This document shows, piece after piece, positions 49,220-57,811 of a stretch of DNA of 64,000 nt; the first letter of the stretch is position 1, and the number at the start of each line of letters is the position of its first letter. The notes under the pieces were generated by a model. That model ran no database searches and was not told where the DNA came from. It was given only the letters and a program-made list of their open reading frames with translations. Where the stretch lies: assembly GCA_044224875.1 (NCBI GenBank), contig JBGAJQ010000001.1:64001-128000 (forward strand), given 5' to 3'. The position numbers and the translations under genes were made by a program. The DNA is from Gemmatimonadaceae bacterium (lineage in GTDB: Bacteria > Gemmatimonadota > Gemmatimonadetes > Gemmatimonadales > Gemmatimonadaceae).

Positions 49220-49268
49220 CAGCGGCCCCAAACGTCCTCTACTCCTTCGCGCTCACTCCATATCCCAC

Positions 49269-49895
49269 ATGCGCTTTTCGCTGAAGTCCAACATCCGCCT
49301 GCTGGCAATCGCCGCCACGGCTGTTCTGGCGGCGTGCAGCCAGGACGCAGTGAGTCCGTCGTCAGCTCCATCCGTCGCTGCATCCGCCTCGTCGGGCAGC
49401 AGCGCGCAGTCCGCCGCAAACAGCCGGGGGAAGGCGCAGTTCGAAAGTGACGTGACCAATGGAGTGCGCGTCGTCAACGTCCTCTCCTTTCGCCCTGGGG
49501 TGAACTACAACGCTCGCGCCGAGGCAGTGATCGGTGTGGCTGGCGGCATCCTGCGCCTCCCCGAGACCGGCCTCACGTTGGTGGTGCCACCGGGCGCGGT
49601 TCTGCGTCCAACCACGTTCAAGGTTCGGGCGGACAACAAGGGCCTGGTCGCCTACGAGTTCGAGCCGCATGGCATGAACTTCCGGGTGCCGCTGGTCTAC
49701 CAGCAGGATCTCACGAAGACGAATTACAAGCTCGGAACCGCGCTTGGCGGCGGCTACTACCTCGATCCGCTCAAGCTGGACCCGAAGGCCAAGCGCGGTG
49801 AGACCGTCGAGCAGTTCACTACGCTGCTGGACCCGATGGGACTCGTCGAGTTTACCATCAAGCACTTCTCTGGATATCTCGTGTCCTGCGCCTGA
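49269..49895 (+). CDS. Lipoprotein with ZU5-like domain, ending IKHFSGYLVSCA
   Basis: Start moved to ATG 49269; lipobox LAAC; GGILRLPETGLTLVVPPGAV...FEPHGMNFRVP resembles the ZU5 consensus. Confidence 0.75.
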   Translation: MRFSLKSNIRLLAIAATAVLAACSQDAVSPSSAPSVAASASSGSSAQSAANSRGKAQFESDVTNGVRVVNVLSFRPGVNYNARAEAVIGVAGGILRLPETGLTLVVPPGAVLRPTTFKVRADNKGLVAYEFEPHGMNFRVPLVYQQDLTKTNYKLGTALGGGYYLDPLKLDPKAKRGETVEQFTTLLDPMGLVEFTIKHFSGYLVSCA

Positions 49896-49923
49896 ACCCC
49901 CTTCCAGGCAAGGTTACGAAACG

Positions 49924-49965
49924 CGTGAGGCGGTCCGTCGGCAGACGGGCCGCCTCACGGCTTTC
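49924..49965 (+). terminator. Hairpin terminator after the lipoprotein pair
   Basis: 16-bp stem CGTGAGGCGGTCCGTC / GACGGGCCGCCTCACG (one wobble), GGCA loop, then GCTTTC. Confidence 0.7.
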
Positions 49966-50049
49966 ACCGGCTATGTGGCGGCCCAGACGTCTTGCTGCGA
50001 CATCTTCGACTCGTAGGTTTTGCCGGACATTCTTCCGTCCGGTCACCAC

Positions 50050-51783
50050 ATGTCGCGCACCGCTGCCCTTGCACGTCGCTCAATCCTCGTTCTCGCCGCC
50101 GCTTGCTCCACCGCGCCGCGGACGCCTAACGGTTACGACGTCGTCATCACGAATGCACGAATCGTAGATGGGACCGGGAACCCGTACTACTACGGCGATA
50201 TCGGGATTACCGGGGATCGAATCACCGCGGTCGCTCCCAAGGGCGCACTGGCCGACCAACCAGCCAAGACAAAGATCGACGCCGGCGGACTCGTTGCCTC
50301 TCCAGGCTTCATTGACATACAGGCCCACTCGTGGAACTCGTTGCTCTTCGCGGACGGACGAGTCATCGGGAAGGTCTCGCAAGGGGTAACGTCCGAGATC
50401 CTTGGCGAGTCGACGACTCCGGGGCCGTCGACTGCCGACGTCGACTCACTCTTTGCCGGGACCACGTCCGCCGACTCGGCCATGGTGCAACATGCCGCGT
50501 CGTATCGTGGAGACCACGGCTTCGGCAAGTGGCTGAGCGACATGGAGCAGCACGGGATTTCCGTGAATGCCGGCAGCTATCTTGGCGCCGCGACCGTGCG
50601 CGCCTACGCGATGGGCCGGGGCGAAGGAACACCTAACGCGGCGCAACTGGACACCATGCGTAGCGTGGTCCGGAATGCGATGACAGACGGGGCGTTCGGG
50701 ATTTCCAGCGCCTTGATCTACCCTCCCGGCAGCTACGCCAGCACCGACGAGTTAGTCGAGATGGCCAAGGCCATGTCCCCGCTGCACGGTACGTACATCT
50801 CGCATATCCGGTCGGAAGAGTCCAAGCTGCTGTCGGCCATGGACGAGGCCATTCGCATTGGACGGGACGGCGGCGTGCCCGTCGTCATCTATCACTTCAA
50901 GGCATCGGGCCGCGTCAACTGGCCACTGGCCGGACCAGCCATTGCCAAGATCGATTCCGTTAGAGCTGCCGGCCAGGACGTGAAGGCCACGATGTACTCG
51001 TACCCTGCCAGCGGCAACAACCTATCCGCCTGCATACCTGGGTGGGTTCATGCTGACGGGAAGCTGGTCGACCGCTTGCGCGATCCTGCCAATCGCGCGC
51101 GCATCCGCAAGGAGATGTCGGACCTGACCCCTGGTGCCGAGGTGTATTGCCAGCACAACCCGCCAGAAGCCTACCAGATCGCCGGCTTTACCAAACCAGA
51201 GTGGAAGGGCTACGAGGGCAAACGCCTGAACGAGATTGCCAAGGGGCTCAAGCTGGACTGGATGGATGCCATCATCGAGCTCACCATCCAGGAAAACAAC
51301 CGGCTCGGCAAGATCACCTTCGGCATGTCCGATGAAAACGTCGCGAAGATGATCGCTCGCCCGTGGGTCGTGATCGGCAGTGACGCCGGTGGCTATGACC
51401 CCGACACCACCAAGGAGTTGGTGCATCCGCGTTCATACGGCACCTTCCCGCGTGTCCTGGGCAAGTACGCCCGCGACGAGAAGGTCCTCACACTCGAGGA
51501 CGCAGTGCGCAAGATGTCCTGGTCAACCGCCCAGATCCTCGGACTGCGCGACCGGGGCCTGATCAAGGAAGGCATGCTGGCCGACGTCGTGATCTTTGAT
51601 CCGGCGACCATCATCGACAAGGCGACCTTCGAAAAGCCGCACCAACTCTCCGTTGGAGTGCGTGACGTGTTGGTGAACGGCGTGCCAGTCTGGCGCGACG
51701 GTAAGCACACCGGCGCCAAGCCGGGCCGCGCCCTCTACGGCGCGGGGTGGGACGGACAAAAACGAGGCGGCCCACAACCATGA
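50050..51783 (+). CDS. N-acyl-D-amino-acid deacylase (D-aminoacylase) family lipoprotein 1
   Basis: Lipobox LAAAC; PGFIDIQAHS, LIYPP, SHIRSE, YHFK, GSD, HPRSYGTFPRVLG. Confidence 0.88.
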   Translation: MSRTAALARRSILVLAAACSTAPRTPNGYDVVITNARIVDGTGNPYYYGDIGITGDRITAVAPKGALADQPAKTKIDAGGLVASPGFIDIQAHSWNSLLFADGRVIGKVSQGVTSEILGESTTPGPSTADVDSLFAGTTSADSAMVQHAASYRGDHGFGKWLSDMEQHGISVNAGSYLGAATVRAYAMGRGEGTPNAAQLDTMRSVVRNAMTDGAFGISSALIYPPGSYASTDELVEMAKAMSPLHGTYISHIRSEESKLLSAMDEAIRIGRDGGVPVVIYHFKASGRVNWPLAGPAIAKIDSVRAAGQDVKATMYSYPASGNNLSACIPGWVHADGKLVDRLRDPANRARIRKEMSDLTPGAEVYCQHNPPEAYQIAGFTKPEWKGYEGKRLNEIAKGLKLDWMDAIIELTIQENNRLGKITFGMSDENVAKMIARPWVVIGSDAGGYDPDTTKELVHPRSYGTFPRVLGKYARDEKVLTLEDAVRKMSWSTAQILGLRDRGLIKEGMLADVVIFDPATIIDKATFEKPHQLSVGVRDVLVNGVPVWRDGKHTGAKPGRALYGAGWDGQKRGGPQP

Positions 51784-51889
51784 CTCGTACGCGCGCTGTC
51801 GGACTCGGCCATGTCGTCCACTAAGTTTGGTGGATGCCGATCCGTGCCCGCGCGCAACTGAGCCACCGCACCCACGTCAGGGCCGCTGA

Positions 51890-54502
51890 GTGAGTAACGG
51901 GAAGGTCTGTCCACAATGCGGTACGAAGTACGACGCCGAGCATCGCTTTTGCCAGCGCGACGGCGCCACGCTCGTCGCCGAGAGTCCGAACGACTCGCTG
52001 ATCGGCGCAGTGATCGCCGACCGCTATCACGTGCTCCAGAAGTTGGGTGAGGGGGGAATGGGCGAGGTGTACCTCGCCGAGCACGTGCGCATCAAGCGCA
52101 AGGTGGCGGTGAAGGTCATGCGGCGCTGGATGGCCGCCGACGCCGTGGCGTTAGGCAGGTTCCATCGGGAAGCCGAGAACGCGAGCCAGATCTCGCATTC
52201 CAACGTGGCGACGATCTACGACTTCGGCGAGACTGGCGATGGCATGGTCTACTTCGCCATGGAGTACGTGGACGGCGAGCCGTTGTCGGAGGTGCTGAAG
52301 CGGGAGCCGCGTGTGGGCGTGGCTCGCAGCTGCGACATCGTTCGGCAGGTGGCCGATGCACTTGCCGCCGCGCACGCGCTCGGCATCCTGCACCGAGACC
52401 TGAAGCCCGACAACGTGATGTTAGGCAAGACGCGGGTCGGGACCGAGCAGGTGAAAATCGTCGACTTCGGGATCTCGCGGGTGATGGACCGTGGCACCCA
52501 GCAGTTCACGTCGACGGGGATGGTGATCGGGACGCCGGACTACATGAGTCCCGAGCAGCTATCGGGCGACGCGCTCGATGCGCGCACCGACATCTATGCG
52601 TTGGCGCTGATCGCGTTCCGCATGCTCACGGGCACGCCGGCGTTCGTGGGGAACAATGCTCACGAATCGCTCCTCGCGCGGCTGACGAAGCCAGCGACGC
52701 GGCTCACGGAAGCCTACCCGAACGTGGCGTGGCCCGACGCGATGCAGGCCGTGTTCGATCGAGCGCTCCACGCCGATCCCGAGCAGCGCTTTGGCGACGC
52801 GTTGGAATTTGCTGCGGCGCTCGAGGGTTCCGCGGTCGGCATGCCTCGCACGCCGGAAGATGAGCGGTATCTCGCCTTGCTGATGCAGCGCACTGCCACG
52901 CCGCCTCGCGGCTACGGTGCGATCGATGCGATGACACCGCCACACGGGACGATGCCAATTCCGGAAGCGGGTGGCACGGTACCCAGGCAACGCATGTGGA
53001 CCGAGACACCGCCGTCCGGTATTCCCACGGGGACAACGCCGGTCCCCTCGTCGCCCGCCGTCAGCCCGCCGGCAGCTACATCGGTTACGTCGCCATCTCG
53101 GACATTGTCACGTGGCCTCCTGACAGCCGTTGGTGTGATTGGGGCCGGCATCATCATTGCCGTGGCACGCTGGCGTTCCGGCGGAGCACCGGCCGCGCCA
53201 TCCACCGATAGTGCCACGGCAGTCGCACCGTCAGCAGCAACGCCAGCACCTCCCGCCCCACCACCAGACACCACGGCCGCAACGGTGCCGGCGGCGGCGG
53301 TATCCACGCTTCGCAGCGATGTGATCGTATCGCGCTTCGTAAGGAGTGTCTTCGACGTGTCATCCGGCGTCGGCCATGGGGCCGGGTTTCTTGCCGACTC
53401 CAGTGGTCTGGTGGTGACGTCGGCGCACCTGGTGGGGCGGGACTCTACGGTGTCCGTGCAAGTCGACGCCATGCATCGGTATCGTGCCCTCGTGCTCGTC
53501 GCGGACCGCGGGGTAGCCATCGCGGCGTTGCCGCCCCGTGCGTGCCGAGGGTGCACCGTGCTGGCCATACCAGCAGATTCGACGGGAGTAGCTGGCGGGG
53601 ACTCCGTCGTCTTGATCGGGTCACCGGAGGTCGGCGGTCGTGTACGGCGCGGTGTGGCGACGTCCGCATCCAACCAGACGATGACGGCTTCGTTCGATGT
53701 CTCCGCGCGGCAGGGGGGTGCCCCCGTGTCATCGCTGACGGGAACCATCGTTGCCGTCGCGGTGCGGGGCCGGAGCGGAGCATTGCAGCTGGCGGCAACG
53801 CCGGGCATCGCGCCGCTCATGGCAAGGGCGCGTGCCGCCCGCTCCGCGGCTCGGGTCGACACCACCTCGCTTCCCGTCTGGCCAGCCAAACGCATCGCGG
53901 AGTCGGCACGCACCACCGGGGCATCCATGAGTGAGAAGGAGATCGATGCCTACCGCACCAGGCGTGACGGTTTCGAAGTGCTCGTGATGACGCCACAGGT
54001 CGTTGCGTGGCGACGTGCCGCCACGGCCGCCAGCGGACGCAGTGACAACCCCTTCGCCGTGGACAAACCAGCGGCTGGCAAAGGCACGAGAGATCCGCTG
54101 CAACGATGGTCGGAGTGGGAGGAGTACTGGCGCGAGCGCCGTGCCGTCGTGATGATCGACGCGTCTCCCGAAGCGACACGCCCCCCATTCGCAGGCTCGA
54201 CAAAGCCGGTCGAATTCAAGAAGGGAGATGTCGACGGATTCGTGCTGCTGCGTGACGGCGTGGAGGTCCCGGCGATCGAGTCGAGCCGCGTCGTCGCCGT
54301 CCCAGACCCGGAACTGTACAACGGTCGCACCGTATTTCATTCGGGCGTTGCAGTGTACGCGCCTGAGGCGTTTGCGACGGGGTCGCGCTTCCGGCTCGAA
54401 GTGCGCGACGCCTCGCGCCCCGGCCGGTCGATCGGCGTTGACCTCTCCTCGAAGACGATCGAGCGCGTGCGTGCCGACTTGGGGCCGTACCTAACGCCTT
54501 AG
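51890..54502 (+). CDS. Hanks-type Ser/Thr kinase: Zn-ribbon, kinase, TM, trypsin-like domain, C-terminal domain
   Basis: CPQCG...FCQRDG; GEGGMG, VAVK, HRDLKPDN, DFG, GTPDYMSPEQ; TM LLTAVGVIGAGIIIAVA; GAGFL...VVTSAHLV. Confidence 0.9.
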   Translation: MSNGKVCPQCGTKYDAEHRFCQRDGATLVAESPNDSLIGAVIADRYHVLQKLGEGGMGEVYLAEHVRIKRKVAVKVMRRWMAADAVALGRFHREAENASQISHSNVATIYDFGETGDGMVYFAMEYVDGEPLSEVLKREPRVGVARSCDIVRQVADALAAAHALGILHRDLKPDNVMLGKTRVGTEQVKIVDFGISRVMDRGTQQFTSTGMVIGTPDYMSPEQLSGDALDARTDIYALALIAFRMLTGTPAFVGNNAHESLLARLTKPATRLTEAYPNVAWPDAMQAVFDRALHADPEQRFGDALEFAAALEGSAVGMPRTPEDERYLALLMQRTATPPRGYGAIDAMTPPHGTMPIPEAGGTVPRQRMWTETPPSGIPTGTTPVPSSPAVSPPAATSVTSPSRTLSRGLLTAVGVIGAGIIIAVARWRSGGAPAAPSTDSATAVAPSAATPAPPAPPPDTTAATVPAAAVSTLRSDVIVSRFVRSVFDVSSGVGHGAGFLADSSGLVVTSAHLVGRDSTVSVQVDAMHRYRALVLVADRGVAIAALPPRACRGCTVLAIPADSTGVAGGDSVVLIGSPEVGGRVRRGVATSASNQTMTASFDVSARQGGAPVSSLTGTIVAVAVRGRSGALQLAATPGIAPLMARARAARSAARVDTTSLPVWPAKRIAESARTTGASMSEKEIDAYRTRRDGFEVLVMTPQVVAWRRAATAASGRSDNPFAVDKPAAGKGTRDPLQRWSEWEEYWRERRAVVMIDASPEATRPPFAGSTKPVEFKKGDVDGFVLLRDGVEVPAIESSRVVAVPDPELYNGRTVFHSGVAVYAPEAFATGSRFRLEVRDASRPGRSIGVDLSSKTIERVRADLGPYLTP

Positions 54503-55722
54503 CCCGCTTCTGGTGGATCGTCGCCGGCTCGCATCAATCCCTCGGCTGCGACACGCGCACATTCCGCCAGTACCGCGGCACCCACAAAGATGCAGTCGTC
54601 GGCAGGGAGAAAGCGCGGGTTATGCGCCGCGGTGACTTCCCCTTGGGGCTCACGGGCGCCAATGCGCAGAAACGCACCGGGGATCTGTTCCAGGTAGAAG
54701 GCAAAGTCTTCACCGGCCATGTTGACGATGCCAAACGGCACCACGCCTTCGTTGCCGAGCACGCGCGTTGCTGCCTGGCGAGCCCAATCGGCTTCGCGTG
54801 CCGGGTTCACCACCGGCGGGGTGCCTTGGTCCATCGTGACGGTCGCGGTGGCGCCGTACGCTTCGGCGATGGACGTCGCCAGTTGTCGGACTTCTCGATG
54901 AAGCGCGGCCCGTACGCCGGGTAGCATGGCGCGAAGGGTCCCCGTCAATGTCACGGACTCGGGGATCACGTTAGGCGCCGTACCGCCATGCACCGTGCCG
55001 ACGGTAACCACCGCGGCCGCTGCGGGATCCAGGCGACGTGCCACGATGGTCTGCAGCCCGGTGATGATGGCCGACGCGGCGACGATGGGGTCGGTCGATT
55101 CATGGGGTCGCGCGCCGTGCGCGCCGCGGCCATGCACCGCGATGGAGAAGGTGTCCGCCGACGCCGCCAGGGCGCCGGCTTCGGCGACCACCTGTCCGAC
55201 AGGGAACCGTCGATCGACATGGCCGCCGTAGATCGCGCGTACACCCTCCAAGGCTCCCGACGCCAGGATCGCCGGTGCCCCAGCCCCGACCTCTTCCGCC
55301 GGCTGCAACACCAGTCGGACATCGCCAAGCGCGGGTTCTCGGGACAGCAGCATGGCGGCGCCGACAGTCCATGTGGCGTGGACGTCGTGGCCACAGGCGT
55401 GCATGACGCCAGCCACGGTCGATGCCCACGGCACGCCGGTCGACTCCTGAATGGGGAGCGCGTCGATGTCCCCGCGCAACGCCGTGGTCGGACCATGCGC
55501 GTGCAGTCCGGGTATGCGGGCAAGCACCCCGGTGCCGGCGACTGTCTGAATATCCTGCGCTCCAATCGACGACAGGGCGTGCTGGAGTCGATCGGCGGTC
55601 CGCTGTTCCTTCCACGACAGTTCAGGATGCTGATGAAGGTCGTGGCGGAGCGCCAGCAGGGCTTCCGCTTCGCGATCGCTGAAGCACCGACGGGCACGCG
55701 CGGCGGCATCGAGAGTAGACAC
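54499..55722 (-). CDS. M20 (Acy1-like) amidohydrolase, probable N-succinyl-L-amino-acid desuccinylase
   Basis: HQHPELS, RGDIDALP, MHACGHD, QPAEE, GAHGA, EDF; in an operon with NSAR and GNAT. Confidence 0.88.
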   Translation of the reverse strand: MSTLDAAARARRCFSDREAEALLALRHDLHQHPELSWKEQRTADRLQHALSSIGAQDIQTVAGTGVLARIPGLHAHGPTTALRGDIDALPIQESTGVPWASTVAGVMHACGHDVHATWTVGAAMLLSREPALGDVRLVLQPAEEVGAGAPAILASGALEGVRAIYGGHVDRRFPVGQVVAEAGALAASADTFSIAVHGRGAHGARPHESTDPIVAASAIITGLQTIVARRLDPAAAAVVTVGTVHGGTAPNVIPESVTLTGTLRAMLPGVRAALHREVRQLATSIAEAYGATATVTMDQGTPPVVNPAREADWARQAATRVLGNEGVVPFGIVNMAGEDFAFYLEQIPGAFLRIGAREPQGEVTAAHNPRFLPADDCIFVGAAVLAECARVAAEGLMRAGDDPPEAG

Positions 55723-55746
55723 GGCAACTCCTGGTTTTCGACAGCG

Positions 55747-56874
55747 TTAGGCTTGCACCAACTCCTGTCGGCGGATGGTGAGGGCCTCCACGCGCTCGGT
55801 ATCGACGGTGACACCAATGCCGGGGCGATCGAGCGGCACGCGCACCATCCCTGTCGCGGACATGGTCCACTCCGGCGTGACCACGTCGCGCTCCCAATAG
55901 CGGGCACTGGGGCTCACGTCCCCGGGCTTGAGGAAGTTCGATAGGGAGGCCAAGGCCACGTTGTACGCCCGGCCAATGCCACTCTCTAGCATGCCGCCGC
56001 ACCACACCGGGATGTGGTGCGACTCGCAGAAATCGTGGATCGCGATGGACTGCGAGAATCCGCCGACACGGCCCGGCTTGATGTTGATGATGCGCCCGCT
56101 GCCTAACGTTACCATGTCCTGCGCGCGCTCGAGCGAGGTGATCGACTCATCGAGGCAGATGGGGGTTCGCAACTTCTTCTGCAGCGTCGCGTGGCGCACG
56201 ATGTCGTTCCACGCCAGTGGCTGTTCGATCATCATCAGGTTCAGGTCGTCCAACGCGATCAAGGCATCGGCGTCGTCGAGGGTGTAGGCGTTGTTCGCAT
56301 CGGCCATCAACGGCGCATCGGGGCCAAGTGCCTGGCGTGCGGCGGTGACGAAGGGCACGTCGTACCCCGGTTTGATCTTGATCTTCACCTTTCGGTAGCC
56401 GGCGGCAAGTGCCGCGCGAGCCTTCTCGACGAGAGCTTCCGGCGACTTCTGGATCCCCAGGGAGATGCCGGTCGCGATCTCAGTCCGTGTGCCGCCGATG
56501 AGTCGGGCCAGCGGCATGCCCTGCATTTCTGCTTCGAGTCCCCACATACCCATCTCGACCGCGGCCTTCGCCATCTCGTGTCCACGGAAGTCCCGTTCCA
56601 GCACGTCGTGGACTTCGCTCGGTGTCGCGAAGGATTTGCCGAGAACGCGCGGGGCGACGAATCGCGAAATGACGAGCCAGCAGGTGTCGATCGTCTCCGG
56701 CGAGTAGTTAGGCGTGTCATCGGCCACGCACTCACTCCACGTACTGGCGCCGCTGGCATCGTGAAGCTCCAGCAACGTAATGCGTCGCTCGGTCATGACG
56801 CCTGAAGAAATCTGGAACGGCTCGCGGAGCGGAAGACGAATCTCGCGGAGGGTAATACGGTCGAGTCGAATCAT
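55747..56874 (-). CDS. menC: N-succinylamino-acid racemase / o-succinylbenzoate synthase (NSAR/OSBS subfamily)
   Basis: Enolase superfamily KxK (KIKIKP), DAN, IEQP, LDES, NIKPGRVGG, WCGGMLESG, GDVSPSARYWERD. Confidence 0.9.
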   Translation of the reverse strand: MIRLDRITLREIRLPLREPFQISSGVMTERRITLLELHDASGASTWSECVADDTPNYSPETIDTCWLVISRFVAPRVLGKSFATPSEVHDVLERDFRGHEMAKAAVEMGMWGLEAEMQGMPLARLIGGTRTEIATGISLGIQKSPEALVEKARAALAAGYRKVKIKIKPGYDVPFVTAARQALGPDAPLMADANNAYTLDDADALIALDDLNLMMIEQPLAWNDIVRHATLQKKLRTPICLDESITSLERAQDMVTLGSGRIINIKPGRVGGFSQSIAIHDFCESHHIPVWCGGMLESGIGRAYNVALASLSNFLKPGDVSPSARYWERDVVTPEWTMSATGMVRVPLDRPGIGVTVDTERVEALTIRRQELVQA

Positions 56875-57725
56875 GTGGAAGGGAGAGGAAACAGCGCTGG
56901 GTTTCGCGTGAAGACGTAGTAGGGGAGGGCATCGCCGTGGGCGCGGACAAAGCGCGCCACCTGATAGCCCCGTTCGAGCAGCGGCACGACCAGGTCACGG
57001 ACCGAATAGCGCCAAGCGGCTGCGAGTTCCTGCGAGTCGAGCTGGACCTGGTGTGAGTCGCGTGGTAGCTGAATGCGCACCGTCTCATGGTCGTCAGCAG
57101 CGATCTTGCATGGCGCCCCGGACGGGCTCAGGGGATTCAGCAAGGGCAATTGCTCGTCACGCGCGGCCGCGGTATCGACACCTGGTCCGAGGCCGGCCGC
57201 ACGATCCAGGTCCCAGGCGATGATGAACCGATCGGTCGGCAGGGCGCCATGCAGCGTGCTGCCCGTGTTTGAACCGTACATATCCGGGCGGTAAGCCGCC
57301 GGGAACGCGCGCAGGCGATTGATGTTGAAGTGCGCATTGCGCGCCACCAACGGGTCGTACGTCCACAGCATGACATGCACGCCCAACGCGCGGACGCGGT
57401 CGGCCTGATAGTGCTTGAGCCGCTCGCCAAGGTGGCGATTGCGATACTCGGGTAGCACGGCCAGCATGTCCGACCAGTGGACCAGGCGTCCGTCGCGTAC
57501 ACCAGTAAGGCCAAAGACAAAGCCGACCATGCGTCCCGTCGGCTCAAACGCTCCGGCGCTCACACCGCCGATCTCCTGGCCCACGTGCAGGATGGCTCCC
57601 GGGACGCGCTCGGAGAAGCCTTGCCCCCACGTGGCTTCCTGGAACGCCACGCACGCCTGATACTCGTCCAGCGAGGCGAACTCGCGAATGGTGAGGTGTT
57701 CGAGGTCGGAGGACGTGCGGCTCAT
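56871..57725 (-). CDS. GNAT acyltransferase, probable D-amino-acid N-succinyltransferase
   Basis: HWSDMLAVLPEYR, LK..Q, WTYDPL..RNAHFN, LPTDR..AWDL; overlaps the NSAR start (ATGA). Confidence 0.85.
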   Translation of the reverse strand: MSRTSSDLEHLTIREFASLDEYQACVAFQEATWGQGFSERVPGAILHVGQEIGGVSAGAFEPTGRMVGFVFGLTGVRDGRLVHWSDMLAVLPEYRNRHLGERLKHYQADRVRALGVHVMLWTYDPLVARNAHFNINRLRAFPAAYRPDMYGSNTGSTLHGALPTDRFIIAWDLDRAAGLGPGVDTAAARDEQLPLLNPLSPSGAPCKIAADDHETVRIQLPRDSHQVQLDSQELAAAWRYSVRDLVVPLLERGYQVARFVRAHGDALPYYVFTRNPALFPLPST

Positions 57726-57786
57726 CGGTCGGGAAAACAGGCGGGCTTGCGGGGCAGGAATCTGGGCGCTAGATCAGCGCAGAAGT

Positions 57787-57798
57787 TTTGTATACAAA
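57787..57798. promoter_or_regulatory. Palindromic GntR-type operator TTTGTATACAAA
   Basis: Perfect 12-bp AT-rich palindrome in the 86-bp divergent intergenic region; fits the GntR-family GT-N-AC operator pattern; a gntR gene is in the right-hand operon. Confidence 0.75.
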
Positions 57799-57811
57799 TT
57801 GGGAGTTTACG

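Noticed and set aside
55747..56874. Evidence of a menaquinone biosynthesis locus
   Set aside because: No other men genes in the window; the GNAT and M20 neighbours point to the racemase role.
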